DNA of 63,676 nt, counting the filler, from Octopus bimaculoides (lineage: Eukaryota): assembly GCF_001194135.2 (NCBI RefSeq). It is 5 parts of 5 records of this genome, joined end to end, with 100 filler letters (N's around TTAATTAATTAA, not from the genome) between each part and the next. Parts side by side here need not be neighbours in the genome. Positions count along the whole stretch, not along the records: positions 1 to 30,192 come from NC_068981.1; positions 30,293 to 42,730 come from NC_068986.1; 3 more parts are not named here. The stretch is one strand, 5' to 3'. Under the pieces are notes generated by a model. It was given only the letters and a program-made list of their open reading frames with translations. It did no database searches and was not told the DNA's origin. Positions 23,731 through 35,846 of the stretch are shown here, in pieces (positions within the stretch are counted from its first letter, which is position 1; every line of letters begins with the position of its first letter). The position numbers and the translations under genes were made by a program.

Positions 23731-26517
23731 CTGAAATACACAGACAGATAAATAAGTAAATATAGATAAATATTGTAGAGAGAGAGAGAGATGGACAAAA
23801 GAAAAAGAGATTAATAAATTGGGGAAAAACTAAATAAAAGAGCACAAGAAAAATATGTAACACAGAGATAATTAGTAAGTGAAATGAATCATCATATAAT
23901 TTTAATATTTTCACTCCAGTATAAATTGTAATGATGCCATTTCTTTTATTAATTACATGCTAGGATGGCTGAGACAAATAGAATATTGTGCCAATAACAA
24001 CTCTAGTGTGTAATTTGTAAAATCATGTCAAGTTCTTAGTGAGAGTAGTATATAACCATTTGAATACTTGATTGAAACTTTTTCAATTCTCATGTTTCTT
24101 ATGCTTATGGGAAAAGAATGAACATTATAACTTCCCATACACTATTTCCTAAAGACATTACTTTGTGTGCTTCTAAAAACCCTTGATTCCATGAGGGTAT
24201 TTTTGTATTGTAAAGCAGAAAATTAAAACATTTACACAAATAAGTTAAGGAATGCAAAAATGTCTAAAACAAACTGTAATTTTAGATTTGTCACACAACC
24301 ATCTTCAAAAATTGTTTTGCATGAATATTCTATGGATCATATAAATTTCAGTTATTTTTGTACATAAATGGAAGTTATTGTATGTAGAACATTCCTAATG
24401 CTAACAACTTGTCAATGTAGTATGACAACTCTCTCTGTTTAAAACAGACTGACACAAGCTGAGCAATACTACTACACATAAGTTATTCAATGATAAAGTA
24501 TTTTCTGAGCTTGATGAAGAAAATCAAACCTTTATTACACACTTTTAGCAATGTAAAGAATGAGTGGTTTAGTGTAGTGTGACAGCTTGAGTAGTGTTTC
24601 GTTTATGAGTCGAGAAAAATATACTTTTTAGTTTATTTCATTGAGATGTTTAGTGCTTATGTTGAATAAGACATATGTCCCCAACGAAAAAATGTTATTG
24701 CTATTAATGTTCAGGAAGAATGTGCAGTTTAGTGTGAGGCACTAAAATTGCATGTATGTGAAGCTTGTATTACAGAAATTAAAGAGATATAAAAGGGTTA
24801 TGTTAGGCTATATATGGTTAAAGGCGATGATGAGTGGATCCATATTGAAGTAAATAAAGATAGAGAAACGACCAAGCTATGAAGTATGTTCATGAAAGTA
24901 AGTAATGTGTATGTGTGGTGGGGATAGAAAACTGAAATAATTCTATCAACACTTACTATGCTATAATGACTAATTCCCTTAAGCAGGGAATTTTGATAGC
25001 TGGTTCTCTTGTCATAATCACTGTTTAACACTTGGATTTAAGGGAAATAACTCAGTATTTGCAAACATTCTCACTCATGTGAGAGGTAACACCATGAAGT
25101 AGATATGATTTTATAACTAATTAGGTATTGCTGAAGTTTGGCAGAAATTCAAGGTGGTTTAAGAACAGTTTAAGATTGTTTCCATCACATTAGAGAAGGA
25201 AAACATGAATGGCATATACCAATAAGAGGTTATGTATAAGTTTGGAGAGAAGGAGAATGAAAGCACATTGTTTTAGAGTGATGGTAACAAAGAAACAGAC
25301 ATTATTCACATCCAGCAATTGTGAAAGAAAAGGTATCATTTTTCACAAATTTTCTTTATTATCATGCACACTGTGGACAACAGTGACATTGATTATAGGT
25401 CTCCAATGAGTTAATTGCTGATTCACTACATCTTTGATGGTGAGAGTGACAAGAGAGTATATATGCAACTCATGAGGAATAAACAGAAGGTATTTTGTTC
25501 AACACACCAGCTTATTTGCAATTTTTTCACCTGTTTATACCTTTCACTGATTATACACAAGTATAGACATAAACATGTAAAATGATCTTACACACAATTT
25601 GTTTCTACTAAATTTTAATTACAAGGCACTGGTAAACCCAAAGTGTCACAGATCTTTGAACCATATATGATTGCAAAACAAACTTTAACTGAACACTCTA
25701 CCTGCTTTTTTTGTCTGCAAAAACGTTACAGATAGATGTTTGTGAGCTGAGGAGTGGTTAGGAAAGAAGATTTAGAAAATTGAAAGAAGTTACCTAAGTC
25801 AAGATCACAGAATGCTTAGCTGCACTTAGTATTGAAATCTTATTGATTGCATATTGCTTTCTCAATGAAAGATCTCATCAATTAGCCAAGGATGCTACTT
25901 ATTATGTGTTTTAAAGTATAGAAGACTTATGTAATGAAACAACAATTTCACAATCCTATGTTATAAATACCTTGCATGATACTGAAAATGTTCAGAAAAC
26001 TGGTACATTTGACACAAGTGTGACAAAAAAATTAGCTAGGGTGACTTGTTTAGCTGATGCACTTCTCTACATGTAACATATTTTACACATCTAGTTATTC
26101 TTTAATTTTTTTTCTTTTATTTGTTTCAGTCATTTGACTGCAGCCATGCTGGAGCACTGCCTTTAGACGAGCAAATCGATCCCAGGACTTATTTTTGTAA
26201 GCCTAGTACCGCTAAGTTATGGGGACGTAAACACACCAACATTGGTTGTCAAGCGATGTTGGGGGAACAAACACAGACGCACAAACACACACACATATAT
26301 ACATATATATCAACAAGGCAAAAATATTGCTTCAATATCTTTGAAATGTTACATTGTTACCAAATATGTTATATGCCTGAACTAATTTCCTCAATGACTT
26401 CATTTTGTATAATTTAGACATGCGCTGCTCTGAGAGAAACGAAATTCTATGATGTAACAAAACAGTTGTTGGAAGAAGAGACAGACAGCAAAGGAAAGAT
26501 AGAAAAAGTACACATAC

Positions 26518-27024
26518 CTTGTGCTACTGTCGCCACAGCAACATTGGTGGTATTGATACAGTTAATACTATTATTATTGTTGTTGATATTGTTATTGTTG
26601 TTACTACTACTACCACTACTATTGTTACTATTACTACTACTATTATTATTATTATTACTATTATTATTGCTATCATTAGTATTATTGTTATTGATGTTGT
26701 TGACCAGAGTGGTGGTGGTGGTGTTGTTGCTACTGCTAAGAATAGTCTGCTTCTTTTGGGACTGACGTTGAACCACAGTCTGCTGCAAAATTTGTGTCAC
26801 CGAATTGCGAGCCATATTAGGGACTAAAGTAAGCGGTGTAGAGGTCTGACCGGCAGTACCAGTTGAAACGACTGGTTTAACTGCTGCAGGTACAAGTGTT
26901 GCATTGCCAGTTGTACAAATAACAGGAGTCAGGATGTTGGAAAGCTGATGTGCTGAAGCCAGAATATTGGGTGAACTGTATGTTGTGGCAGTGGTAGCCA
27001 ACTCTTGTACACGCACTGACTGAG
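26518..27024 (-). CDS. Internal exon of the same gene (QSVRVQELATT...QQTVVQRQSQKKQ...poly-N/S...VAVATVAQ-G)
   Basis: ttcttgcag acceptor, CAAG|gtatgt donor; 507 nt, phase 1/1, open frame containing AAT/AAC-encoded poly-Asn. Confidence 0.85.
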
Positions 27025-28039
27025 CTGCAAGAAATTAAGATATAACATTTCATATATTTAATGCAAATATAACAAAAAGAAGAAAAAAAAAACTAGGTTA
27101 ATGAAGTGCTAAATGTGTGGCAGCTGAAACAGAGGTTACTAAGCATTAAAATAAGGGAAACATAGTTATAACATTCACATTTCATATATTGAAATGACAA
27201 GCATACTACTTATAAAAAAATGTCAGAACAAATGGAAAATGAGTTAAAGTTGTACCTACATTAATGAAGATAGTAATTTTATATACCTAATGTGGAAGAC
27301 ACTTCCACAGGAAATGGAGTACAGAGAAAATCCAAGCAACAATTTCTAGGTAGGTTTTATATTGCTGTTAATCACTTTATACAGTAGTTGTAAAGATGCC
27401 TGTGTATACCATTATCATATCTCTTTTGCATTAACTCTATAATCCACAATAAGCAGTAGTATCTAAAATGACCTTAGATATTAGCAAACAAGAACTTAAG
27501 TTAGCATTAGTTAACATATAATGAATTGTAAATGATGACAATTACTTGCAAGTGACCATTATTTTTAATTACTAAATTATTTATTGAAATAAATGAACTT
27601 GTGGTTGTCAGCCATGCACTCAACATATCTTGAATCTACACCCCAGGTTTAACATTTTAACATATACACTTATCACACCAAGATTTAATGTCCTTTGATG
27701 AATAATAGACAAAATTGAAAGCACTGATATAATTAAGTTAATATTTAGCATGAAAATGGGGTTGAAATGAAAGAATTATTAAAATACCAAACTAAATACT
27801 CGACAGTATTTAATCTGATGTTTCCACCTTCTTAGTTCAAAACATGCAAGAGCTGGCTTCAATCATTTTAAGGTCAATAAAATAAAATGCCAGCCAGCAT
27901 AGCTTTGTACCAATGTAATATATCAATATTTACCAGCATTCAAAAAGTGAAAAATTTAAAGTTAACCATTAACATTACTCTTTTTTTTTTAAATGGTGTA
28001 GTCAGGAGGAAGGAACAGCAACCTCTGCCAACCACTCAC

Positions 28040-28078
28040 CTACTGAAACAGATTCATAGGGCTGATGTTCAATTTGAA
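28040..28078 (-). CDS. Probable 39-nt microexon (x-QIEHQPYESVSV-A)
   Basis: Consensus donor GTAG|gtgagt in the phase needed for exon 27024; nearest acceptor after an in-frame TAA is caataag; acceptor is weak. Confidence 0.6.
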   Translation of the reverse strand, partial: FKLNISPMNLFQ

Positions 28079-30110
28079 CTTATTGAAGTGGATTTATGTG
28101 GGGAAAAATGTGGGCAGTGATATCATTCCTGATGGCCAAGGCCTTGGGAAGGCAAATTGGTTGAAGGTGTGAGGCAAAACAAAATCACCCCAGCAGTGAC
28201 TGTGAGAGAGACAGATACATATTTCGATACACATCACTTCCAAAATGAGATCAAATCAACCAATTTTACACTGGTGTGTAATAGTGCTCCATAAACAGAA
28301 TAAAATTTGAATTATGCAATGGGCAATTTTGTTTCACCTAGCTCTGAAGTATATTGTATTTTATAACACTACATCTAAAAAGGGATTTTTCCCAAATGAA
28401 AAACTGCAGCCCTTGGCTTTTAAACAATATACATTAAGTTTGTTACATAAAAATAGATTTCACTCTAGAGTTCCTTCTGTTGCATAATTTGAATTTTATT
28501 CTGCTTATGTGACACCATTACAAACTAAGTGGATAGTTTATACACTATCACTATATATTTCAGACTGGTTGATTCAGTCTTGTTTTGGAAGAGACACTAG
28601 CACATGACACTGACAAGCCAAAACAACAGCAAAATACATATCTATTGCTCTCGAGAAGCTGCCTGAGTGATTTCATTTCACCTGATTATGAAGTATATTG
28701 TGTTTTTTAAAGAGATTGTTCCCAGACAAAAAACTGCAGCCTCTGGATTTTCAACAACACATGTAAAGTATGTTACATAAAAAAAGATTATATATATATA
28801 TATAAAACAAACACACCACACACACATCCAAAAGGCATTGGGTGAAACCTCATAATGTACATTTAAGAGCTCTTATGTCATTATTTGGCTACCACGTTAT
28901 TCTACAGTAAGGTATTTTCTGGGCTGGAAACACATGAGGAACTCCTCTTTGCATAAGATTAATACAAGGATAACATATTCATATACCATTGATAGTATGT
29001 ATATATATATACTCAGTAACTTTAAGCTGGTATGTGGTGCAAAACCAAATGTGATCTACTATTAAAGCCTGCTATTCTCCAACCTCATTTTATATTATCC
29101 TTACATATATAACACAGCGTATACATATATCATCATCATTGTCGTTTTTAGTGACTGGTTCCATGCTGACATGGTTTCAATGGTTTAACAGGCTGTAGCA
29201 GATCTGAGAACTTCATCATGTTCCAATGTCTGCTCTTGCATGGTTTCTACTGTTGGATGCCATTCTTCATTCTAATCACCTTACAGTGTATACGGAGTGA
29301 TTTTTTCAGGGTATCAGCACTAATGAGATTGACCCATTCTCTTTAATTCTGTGGGGCTACAGTGGAGATGAGGGAGCCTTTATGCTCAGATATGAGAGGT
29401 TAAAGTATGAGGGAAGGAGCCAGAACAAAAGAAGGTTTGTTTTTTCCTGCTATAGAGGAGCTACATGGCTACTCTCATTAAAGAATAGAGGGTAGGACTA
29501 ATTGGAGTAGAGCTAGAAAGATAGAATAGTGGAGATGGGGCAGTGTACAAGGGAAATGAGAGATGTTGAGAGATAGGGAATGGATGAGAAGGTGAGTATA
29601 ATGAATGAAGAACAAGTGTACATTAGAAGGAAGATAGGGGAGAGTAGGTGACAACTGAAATGATTGGGTAGAATTAAGGGGTGGATATAGTGAATGGTGG
29701 ATAAGGGTGAGGGTGAAAAATGATACATGAGTTGGGGGAGAGGTAAGGGTGAGTAGGAGATGGCTGACAGTGCAGAAGGGGGGAAAAAAAACAGCAGAAT
29801 AGCAATAATGATATAGCAGACAGGAGAAAGATGAGAGAAAGAAGGATGATACGTAGGTGAAGTGAGCCCAACCTCATGTGGGTTTGCATCTTGACATTAC
29901 ATGACGTTGTAAACAAGCAGCACTGTCATACCCCTGATGTCATTTGTTTCCAGCCTTCTGTGAAAATCATCTCTGACCATTGGGAAAATCATCTTACTTG
30001 GAAACTGGTAAAGGTTAGTGTGGTTCAATGGGATGGAAAAGTGGATGTTAAATGATGATACACATACATATATACGCACTCATATGACTCAAAACAGAAT
30101 CTTTTATATT

Positions 30111-30170
<60 letters not shown>

Positions 30171-30192
30171 TCATATAATTATATCTCCACAA

Positions 30193-30292
30193 NNNNNNNN
30201 NNNNNNNNNNNNNNNNNNNNNNNNNNNNNNNNNNNNTTAATTAATTAANNNNNNNNNNNNNNNNNNNNNNNNNNNNNNNNNNNNNNNNNNNN
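30193..30292. other. Artificial scaffold join: 44 N + TTAATTAATTAA + 44 N
   Basis: Identical 100-bp construct at 42731-42830, 57276-57375 and 62485-62584; the 12-mer is a stop in all six frames. Confidence 0.9.
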
Positions 30293-30479
30293 ATACATAC
30301 ATATATATATACGACGGGCTTCTTTCAGTTTCCGTCTACCAAATCCACTCACAAGGCTTTGGTTGGCCCGAGGCTATAGTAGAAGACACTTGCCCAAGGT
30401 GCCATGCAGTGGGACTGAACCCAGAAACATGTGGTTCATAAGCAAGCTACTTACCACACAGCCACTCCTATGCCTAATG

Positions 30480-32620
30480 TTGTTCATATTTTTGCAAACA
30501 AAAAATTCCTACTGAGACCCGAGGCATCTGTCTGCCTATAGTTGTGCTGTCTCACTTAATTGTGAGAATTGTTGTTTTGGGGGCGTATCTTGCCTCCGAA
30601 AAATTGTGAAATATTTTGAAAAATTCTACCAATTTGTGGCAGACATTTTTGTGTTCGTGCTGCTGTGAACCTGGAGTACCTTTTTGGAGTACCTGTTGGC
30701 CAAGATTACCGGGTGGCCAGAATTGTGTGTTGCCGTGATTTGAACTGTCTTCCTTCTTTCTTTTTCTCTGCTCTGTCTTTTTGCTATTTTTCTTCCTTCA
30801 AACTATTTTTTGGACTTTGTTAAGACTTTTTGTTTTGAAATGTTTCCTGAACTTTTTTCTTCAAGCATGGCGAAGGTGAACATTGCGTTTGAGTGGGAAA
30901 TTATCCCACCCAAGCAATGGTTAAAAAACTTAAATGAGAGAACGGTGGTGTTGAGGACTTATTCTAAGTCACTTGACACCATCATTGTCTTTCCCAAGAC
31001 TGAAATTGAAAAAGAGTTGGCAGAATATCTGCCAGCTATTAAATTTATTTCCATGGGTGTTAGGTATGCAATGGTGTGGTTGCTATTTGACACCCCTGAG
31101 GTGACTCGCAAATTTGCAAGCCAGCCCTTAGAAGGGCAAAAGATTCTGTNNNNNNNNNNNNNNNNNNNNNNNNNNNNNNNNNNNNNNNNNNNNNNNNNNN
31201 NNNNNNNNNNNNNNNNNNNNNNNNNNNNNNNNNNNNNNNNNNNNNNNNNNNNNNNNNNNNNNNNNNNNNNNNNNNNNNNNNNNNNNNNNNNNNNNNNNNN
31301 NNNNNNNNNNNNNNNNNNNNNNNNNNNNNNNNNNNNNNNNNNNNNNNNNNNNNNNNNNNNNNNNNNNNNNNNNNNNNNNNNNNNNNNNNNNNNNNNNNNN
31401 NNNNNNNNNNNNNNNNNNNNNNNNNNNNNNNNNNNNNNNNNNNNNNNNNNNNNNNNNNNNNNNNNNNNNNNNNNNNNNNNNNNNNNNNNNNNNNNNNNNN
31501 NNNNNNNNNNNNNNNNNNNNNNNNNNNNNNNNNNNNNNNNNNNNNNNNNNNNNNNNNNNNNNNNNNNNNNNNNNNNNNNNNNNNNNNNNNNNNNNNNNNN
31601 NNNNNNNNNNNNNNNNNNNNNNNNNNNNNNNNNNNNNNNNNNNNNNNNNNNNNNNNNNNNNNNNNNNNNNNNNNNNNNNNNNNNNNNNNNNNNNNNNNNN
31701 NNNNNNNNNNNNNNNNNNNNNNNNNNNNNNNNNNNNNNNNNNNNNNNNNNNNNNNNNNNNNNNNNNNNNNNNNNNNNNNNNNNNNNNNNNNNNNNNNNNN
31801 NNNNNNNNNNNNNNNNNNNNNNNNNNNNNNNNNNNNNNNNNNNNNNNNNNNNNNNNNNNNNNNNNNNNNNNNNNNNNNNNNNNNNNNNNNNNNNTCCTCT
31901 TTTGGAGGGAGAGATGGAGGCAGTCGAGGAGGTGGAAACCTCCTCGAAAAAAAGAGAAAGAAGGTGGGCAACAATGGTTGCCCACCAAAGGACACTAAAG
32001 CTGCAGGAGGGAGAGAAGATCCTCCGGATAAAGCGGAGGTACCACACCCTCCTGTAACACAAGGGAGGAAAAAAAGAAAAAAACAAAGAATGGGACATTG
32101 CCGGCAGTTAGTAGTACACTGCCGGCATGTCCTGAAACCTTGTTGGTGGGAATTGTGCCACCGACGGAGGAAACTGTGGATCCTCCCAGTGCGATGACAG
32201 ATGATTTTGTGATCTTCTTTCAATAGGGAGGGGCGATACAGAGCTTCATAAAGAATCCAGAGGGCCGGAGGGAGAGGACTCTGCCCTGGACTGAAGACTT
32301 GGATTGGCCTGCGCAGGTAACTGCGAAGGTCCTAACGGACATTGAAATGTTTAGGGTGATGGACTCTTTCCGAAGGACCGGTACAGGTTTGCCTTTTAGG
32401 GTACCGACCTGGAACTACAGGATTTCCTGAAGGAGGCATATGGCCTGGTCGGAGAGAAAGGATAAGAGGCCTTAGTGCCTCAGTTTTCATTGTCTATATT
32501 GTTTGTATTCTTTGGTAAGAGGCTCAGCGCCTCAATTTGTAAAGACGATCACGTCAATTATTATTGAACTGAGGTAAGAGGTTTTATACCTTATTTTGTT
32601 TTGTTTTTAAAAAACAAAAA
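30480..32620 (+). mobile_element. Non-LTR retrotransposon (L1/Tx1-like) ORF1 region with gap; no ORF2 seen
   Basis: GC-richer block; ORF from ATG 30867 (MAKVNIAFEWEII...FPKTEIEKELAEYLPAIKFISMG...FASQPL) running into Ns, then basic low-complexity ORF1-like sequence; family assignment is inference. Confidence 0.55.
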
Positions 32621-32757
32621 AGAGAACAATGTTTTCGAGAATGCAACAACCGGCGGGCGTTGTTTGCTTCTCCCACCAACCATTTCTTTCATTCCATCAT
32701 CATAGTATCCTTATCCAGCCCGCAGCCACTTCCTCTGTGTACGGCTTTTATAGCCAA

Positions 32758-33020
32758 CTAAATGAAATAAAGTAGCTTGCTTATGAACCACATGGTTCCG
32801 GGTTCATTCCCACTGCGTAGCACCTTGGGCAAGTGTCTTCTACTATAGCCTTGGACCGACCAAAGCCTTGTAAATGGATTTGGTAGACAGAAACTGAAAG
32901 AAGCCCGTCGTTTATATGTATGTGTGTATATGTTTGTGTGTCTATGTTTGTCCACCCAGCATTGCTTGACAACCGATGCTGGTGTGTTTACAGCCCCGTA
33001 ACCTAGCGGTTCAGCAAAAA
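32758..33020 (+). mobile_element. SINE family B
   Basis: ggttccgggttcattcccactgcgtagcaccttgggcaagtgtcttc core; abuts the Gypsy fragment. Confidence 0.88.
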
Positions 33021-33720
33021 CTGTTCGGAGAAAATCTTTCCATTTAATTTTGCAAAAATGTCCTCTGGAATTTGGAGTGGGTGGCATGTCTTTAAGCAGT
33101 CATTCACTCTTATAAAGAAATCGGCACACGGCCTAATCCTATTATTTTTCTTTTTAATGCACACCGTGGGCGCCGCCCACTTAGAGTAATCTACCTTTTT
33201 AATGATTCTACTCTTTTCCAGTCTGTCCAACTCTTCATTTACGATTTCAATTCCCACGAACGGTACTTTTCTATTAGATTTAAATACAGGCACAGCGTTG
33301 ATGCTTACTTGAAAAGCAGGCTTCAGTATTTTTACATAGACCTAAGTCCTCCGATAGTACTTGAAGAAACATATTTTTCAATTTTCTCTTCAATTCCTCA
33401 GACAATTTATTTTTAACGGGACAACCATTTATGTTTTTGCAGTAGAGACTTATTGGGAGGTGCCATAAGTCAAATAACTCCAACCAGTTTGTACCAAACA
33501 GATTGAATGAATATTTTTCCTTCGAGTGTTTCTCTTCGAAATGTGATGTCTGCACCCATTTCACCCATGAAGAATGGACTAGCTGAATTCTTATAAAGAG
33601 TAGCATATTGGTTGAGACAGAGAAGTTGTAGGAGTAACTGAGAGTTTGTGGAAGTTGTTGAGAGTTTGTATTTATTGGAGTATCATGTTTAGTGGAGTAA
33701 TTTGTATGTGGTGTGAAAAC
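33021..33720 (-). mobile_element. Ty3/Gypsy LTR retrotransposon fragment (protease end to RT N-terminus)
   Basis: LFGTNWLELFDLW and PVFK...VPF...ELDRLEKSRIIKKVDYSKWAAPTVCIKKKNNRIRPCADF...PEDIFAKLNGKIFS. Confidence 0.9.
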
Positions 33721-33787
33721 AGTTGTGTTTATCTCCACTGTGTGAAATCTGTATATGCAATGTATTGAAGGATATAAAAATATACAT

Positions 33788-33822
<35 letters not shown>

Positions 33823-34069
33823 NNNNNNNNNNNNNNNNNNNNNNNNNNNNNNNNNNNNNNNNNNNNNNNNNNNNNNNNNNNNNNNNNNNNNNNNNNNNNN
33901 NNNNNNNNNNNNNNNNNNNNNNNNNNNNNNNNNNNNNNNNNNNNNNNNNNNNNNNNNNNNNNNNNNNNNNNNNNNNNNNNNNNNNNNNNNNNNNNNNNNN
34001 NNNNNNNNNNNNNNNNNNNNNNNNNNNNNNNNNNNNNNNNNNNNNNNNNNNNNNNNNNNNNNNNNNNNA

Positions 34070-34102
<33 letters not shown>

Positions 34103-34109
<7 letters not shown>

Positions 34110-34379
34110 ATCTCCCACTTTCTTAGCTCTCCTGAAATAAGAATTTCTAACTTCCGGTCAGTCATTGTTATGATCGGCCATTATTATGATTGACCGTTGA
34201 CTGAACACTATTCAATTTTTTTTCTCCGTGTTTTTCTCCTTGTCTCCGTATTCTTTCTGTTGAAGAGCGTAGCTCGAAACGTCAAAGACTTTCCGTATTC
34301 CCGAGTGTCATACTAATATATACTTTTGTTATTTACACCACCTGTCCTCGTCTGTTGTTATTTTTTGTATATTCTCCCA
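34103..34379 (+). mobile_element. Short Penelope-terminal-repeat-like element between (TA)n tracts, carrying a hammerhead-like motif
   Basis: Homologous to the reverse complement of ~62585-62737; both ends lie in TA microsatellites. Confidence 0.7.
34252..34288 (+). ncRNA. Minimal type I hammerhead-ribozyme-like motif (variant core)
   Basis: TCTTT CTGTTGA A GAG-CGTAG-CTC GAAA CG TC AAAGA: stem I TCTTT/AAAGA, stem II GAG/CTC, palindromic ACGT in place of helix III, GUC triplet. Confidence 0.65.
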
Positions 34380-34694
34380 TATATATATATATATATACAC
34401 GTGTGTATATTATGTTATAAAATATTTTAAAGATATTTTAAACTTTTTAAATAATCATACTTTATATATTTATACATCTAGCTATTAATTCAAAATTATT
34501 TGGGCATATATCTTCTGTGATGATTTTTTGATGTAATGTTCCTGCTCTTATTTCATAATATAATATATAATCACTCTTATTAAATGTCTAAATATCTTTA
34601 ATGTTTTAGACATTTCCCTACCAAGAGCACTTATTAGAAATTCAGTATATTGTATTCTCATTGAATATATTTGATTAATGATATACACATATGT

Positions 34695-34734
<40 letters not shown>

Positions 34735-34740
34735 CATTAG

Positions 34741-35808
34741 AGGAAAAGGGACTCTTGAAAACATTGCAGTTGAACTCTCAATTGACTGTCTGGCCTTGGG
34801 GGACAAATTCTCAATGCACAATACCACAGATATTGAAAACAATGATGAGCATGCTTTTGATTGAACTGTGGCTCTGTCGTGCCTTCTTCAGTCATGGAGA
34901 TGAAGGGCTCTTCCATTATGATGACTGCTGCTTTGTCTTCAGGGTCATACCCATAGACTCAACTCTTGTTACTGGTGATGATCCTTGACATGAAGGATGA
35001 GTCATCAACAGCATGCTTATGGAGCTATTGACAAACATCGGTTTGATGTTCTTTCAGCTCGGTGGTCAGTGATCAGTCGGTGGGGGACAAACTTGGCAGA
35101 GACATGCTGCATGTTCAATTTAGGCATTAGGATTACCTGCACTGACTCATATGACAGACCAACAATATCAGCAATACAGTTCTATATTTAAGAGATGAGG
35201 AATTATGTACATTATTTACATTCAACGGATATTTGCCCTCATCTTTTTTGTTTTTAACACATTTCAGCTGATATACCCTCCAGCCGAAACATTGTGTTAA
35301 CAACAAACAAGATGAGGACAAATATCCACTTAATGTAAATAATGTAATATCAGCAATGTCGTTGATTGTCCTCTGATGATCCTCATGCACAAGCTCATGA
35401 ATTTTCTCCACATTTCTGGAAGTGACGTTCATGGCAAGTCTTCCAGACCACTCATTGGCTTCTGCTTTTAAAGTGCCTGTGTCACTCAAAACATTGCATA
35501 CGACCCCATTGCCCAATCCCTGTAAGCTTGCTGAAGCATGCTCAATGTCTCTCTAGCAGGCTTCCTAAGCTTAATGCAAAATTTTACATTGGTTCTTTGT
35601 TCCAACTTTCTGTCCATGATAAAATTTCAGACTACAACATACACATGATCACAAGAACACAAATTTCACAATTGGCAAAGTAAGCACAGTGATGCTACTC
35701 AACACACTGCCTCGTGAATGTCACTGCTAGCTCGCACTGCACACACAACCATGTACTGCCATCTGTTGGCATGCTACAGAACTAGCCTGGGAACTTTTTG
35801 ATACCACC

Positions 35809-35812
<4 letters not shown>
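34741..35812 (-). mobile_element. Mariner transposon relic (5' TIR to mid catalytic domain), interrupted by a 170-bp insertion
   Basis: TIR CAAGGTGGTATCAAAAAGTTCC; MDRKLEQRTNVKFCIKL..., RIITSNKS*VYGYDPE, EFVPQGQTVN; stops and frameshifts. Confidence 0.92.
35176..35345. mobile_element. 170-bp near-palindromic insertion with a 12-bp target-site duplication
   Basis: AATATCAGCAAT at 35164-35175 and 35346-35357; inverted arms 35208-35270 and 35281-35346 with a 10-nt spacer. Confidence 0.88.

Positions 35813-35846
<34 letters not shown>

Noticed and set aside
24790-24905. Plus-strand protein-like stretch RLYMVKGDDEWIHIEVNK, and ATGATGA as a snoRNA C box
   Set aside because: Short, ends in a stop, antisense to the host gene, and has no convincing D box or terminal stem; the 24.4-25.6 kb region may be an unrecognisably old transposon.
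26466-26827. Poly-Leu and poly-Ile ORFs suggesting membrane proteins
   Set aside because: Alternative frames or antisense of the Asn-repeat exon.
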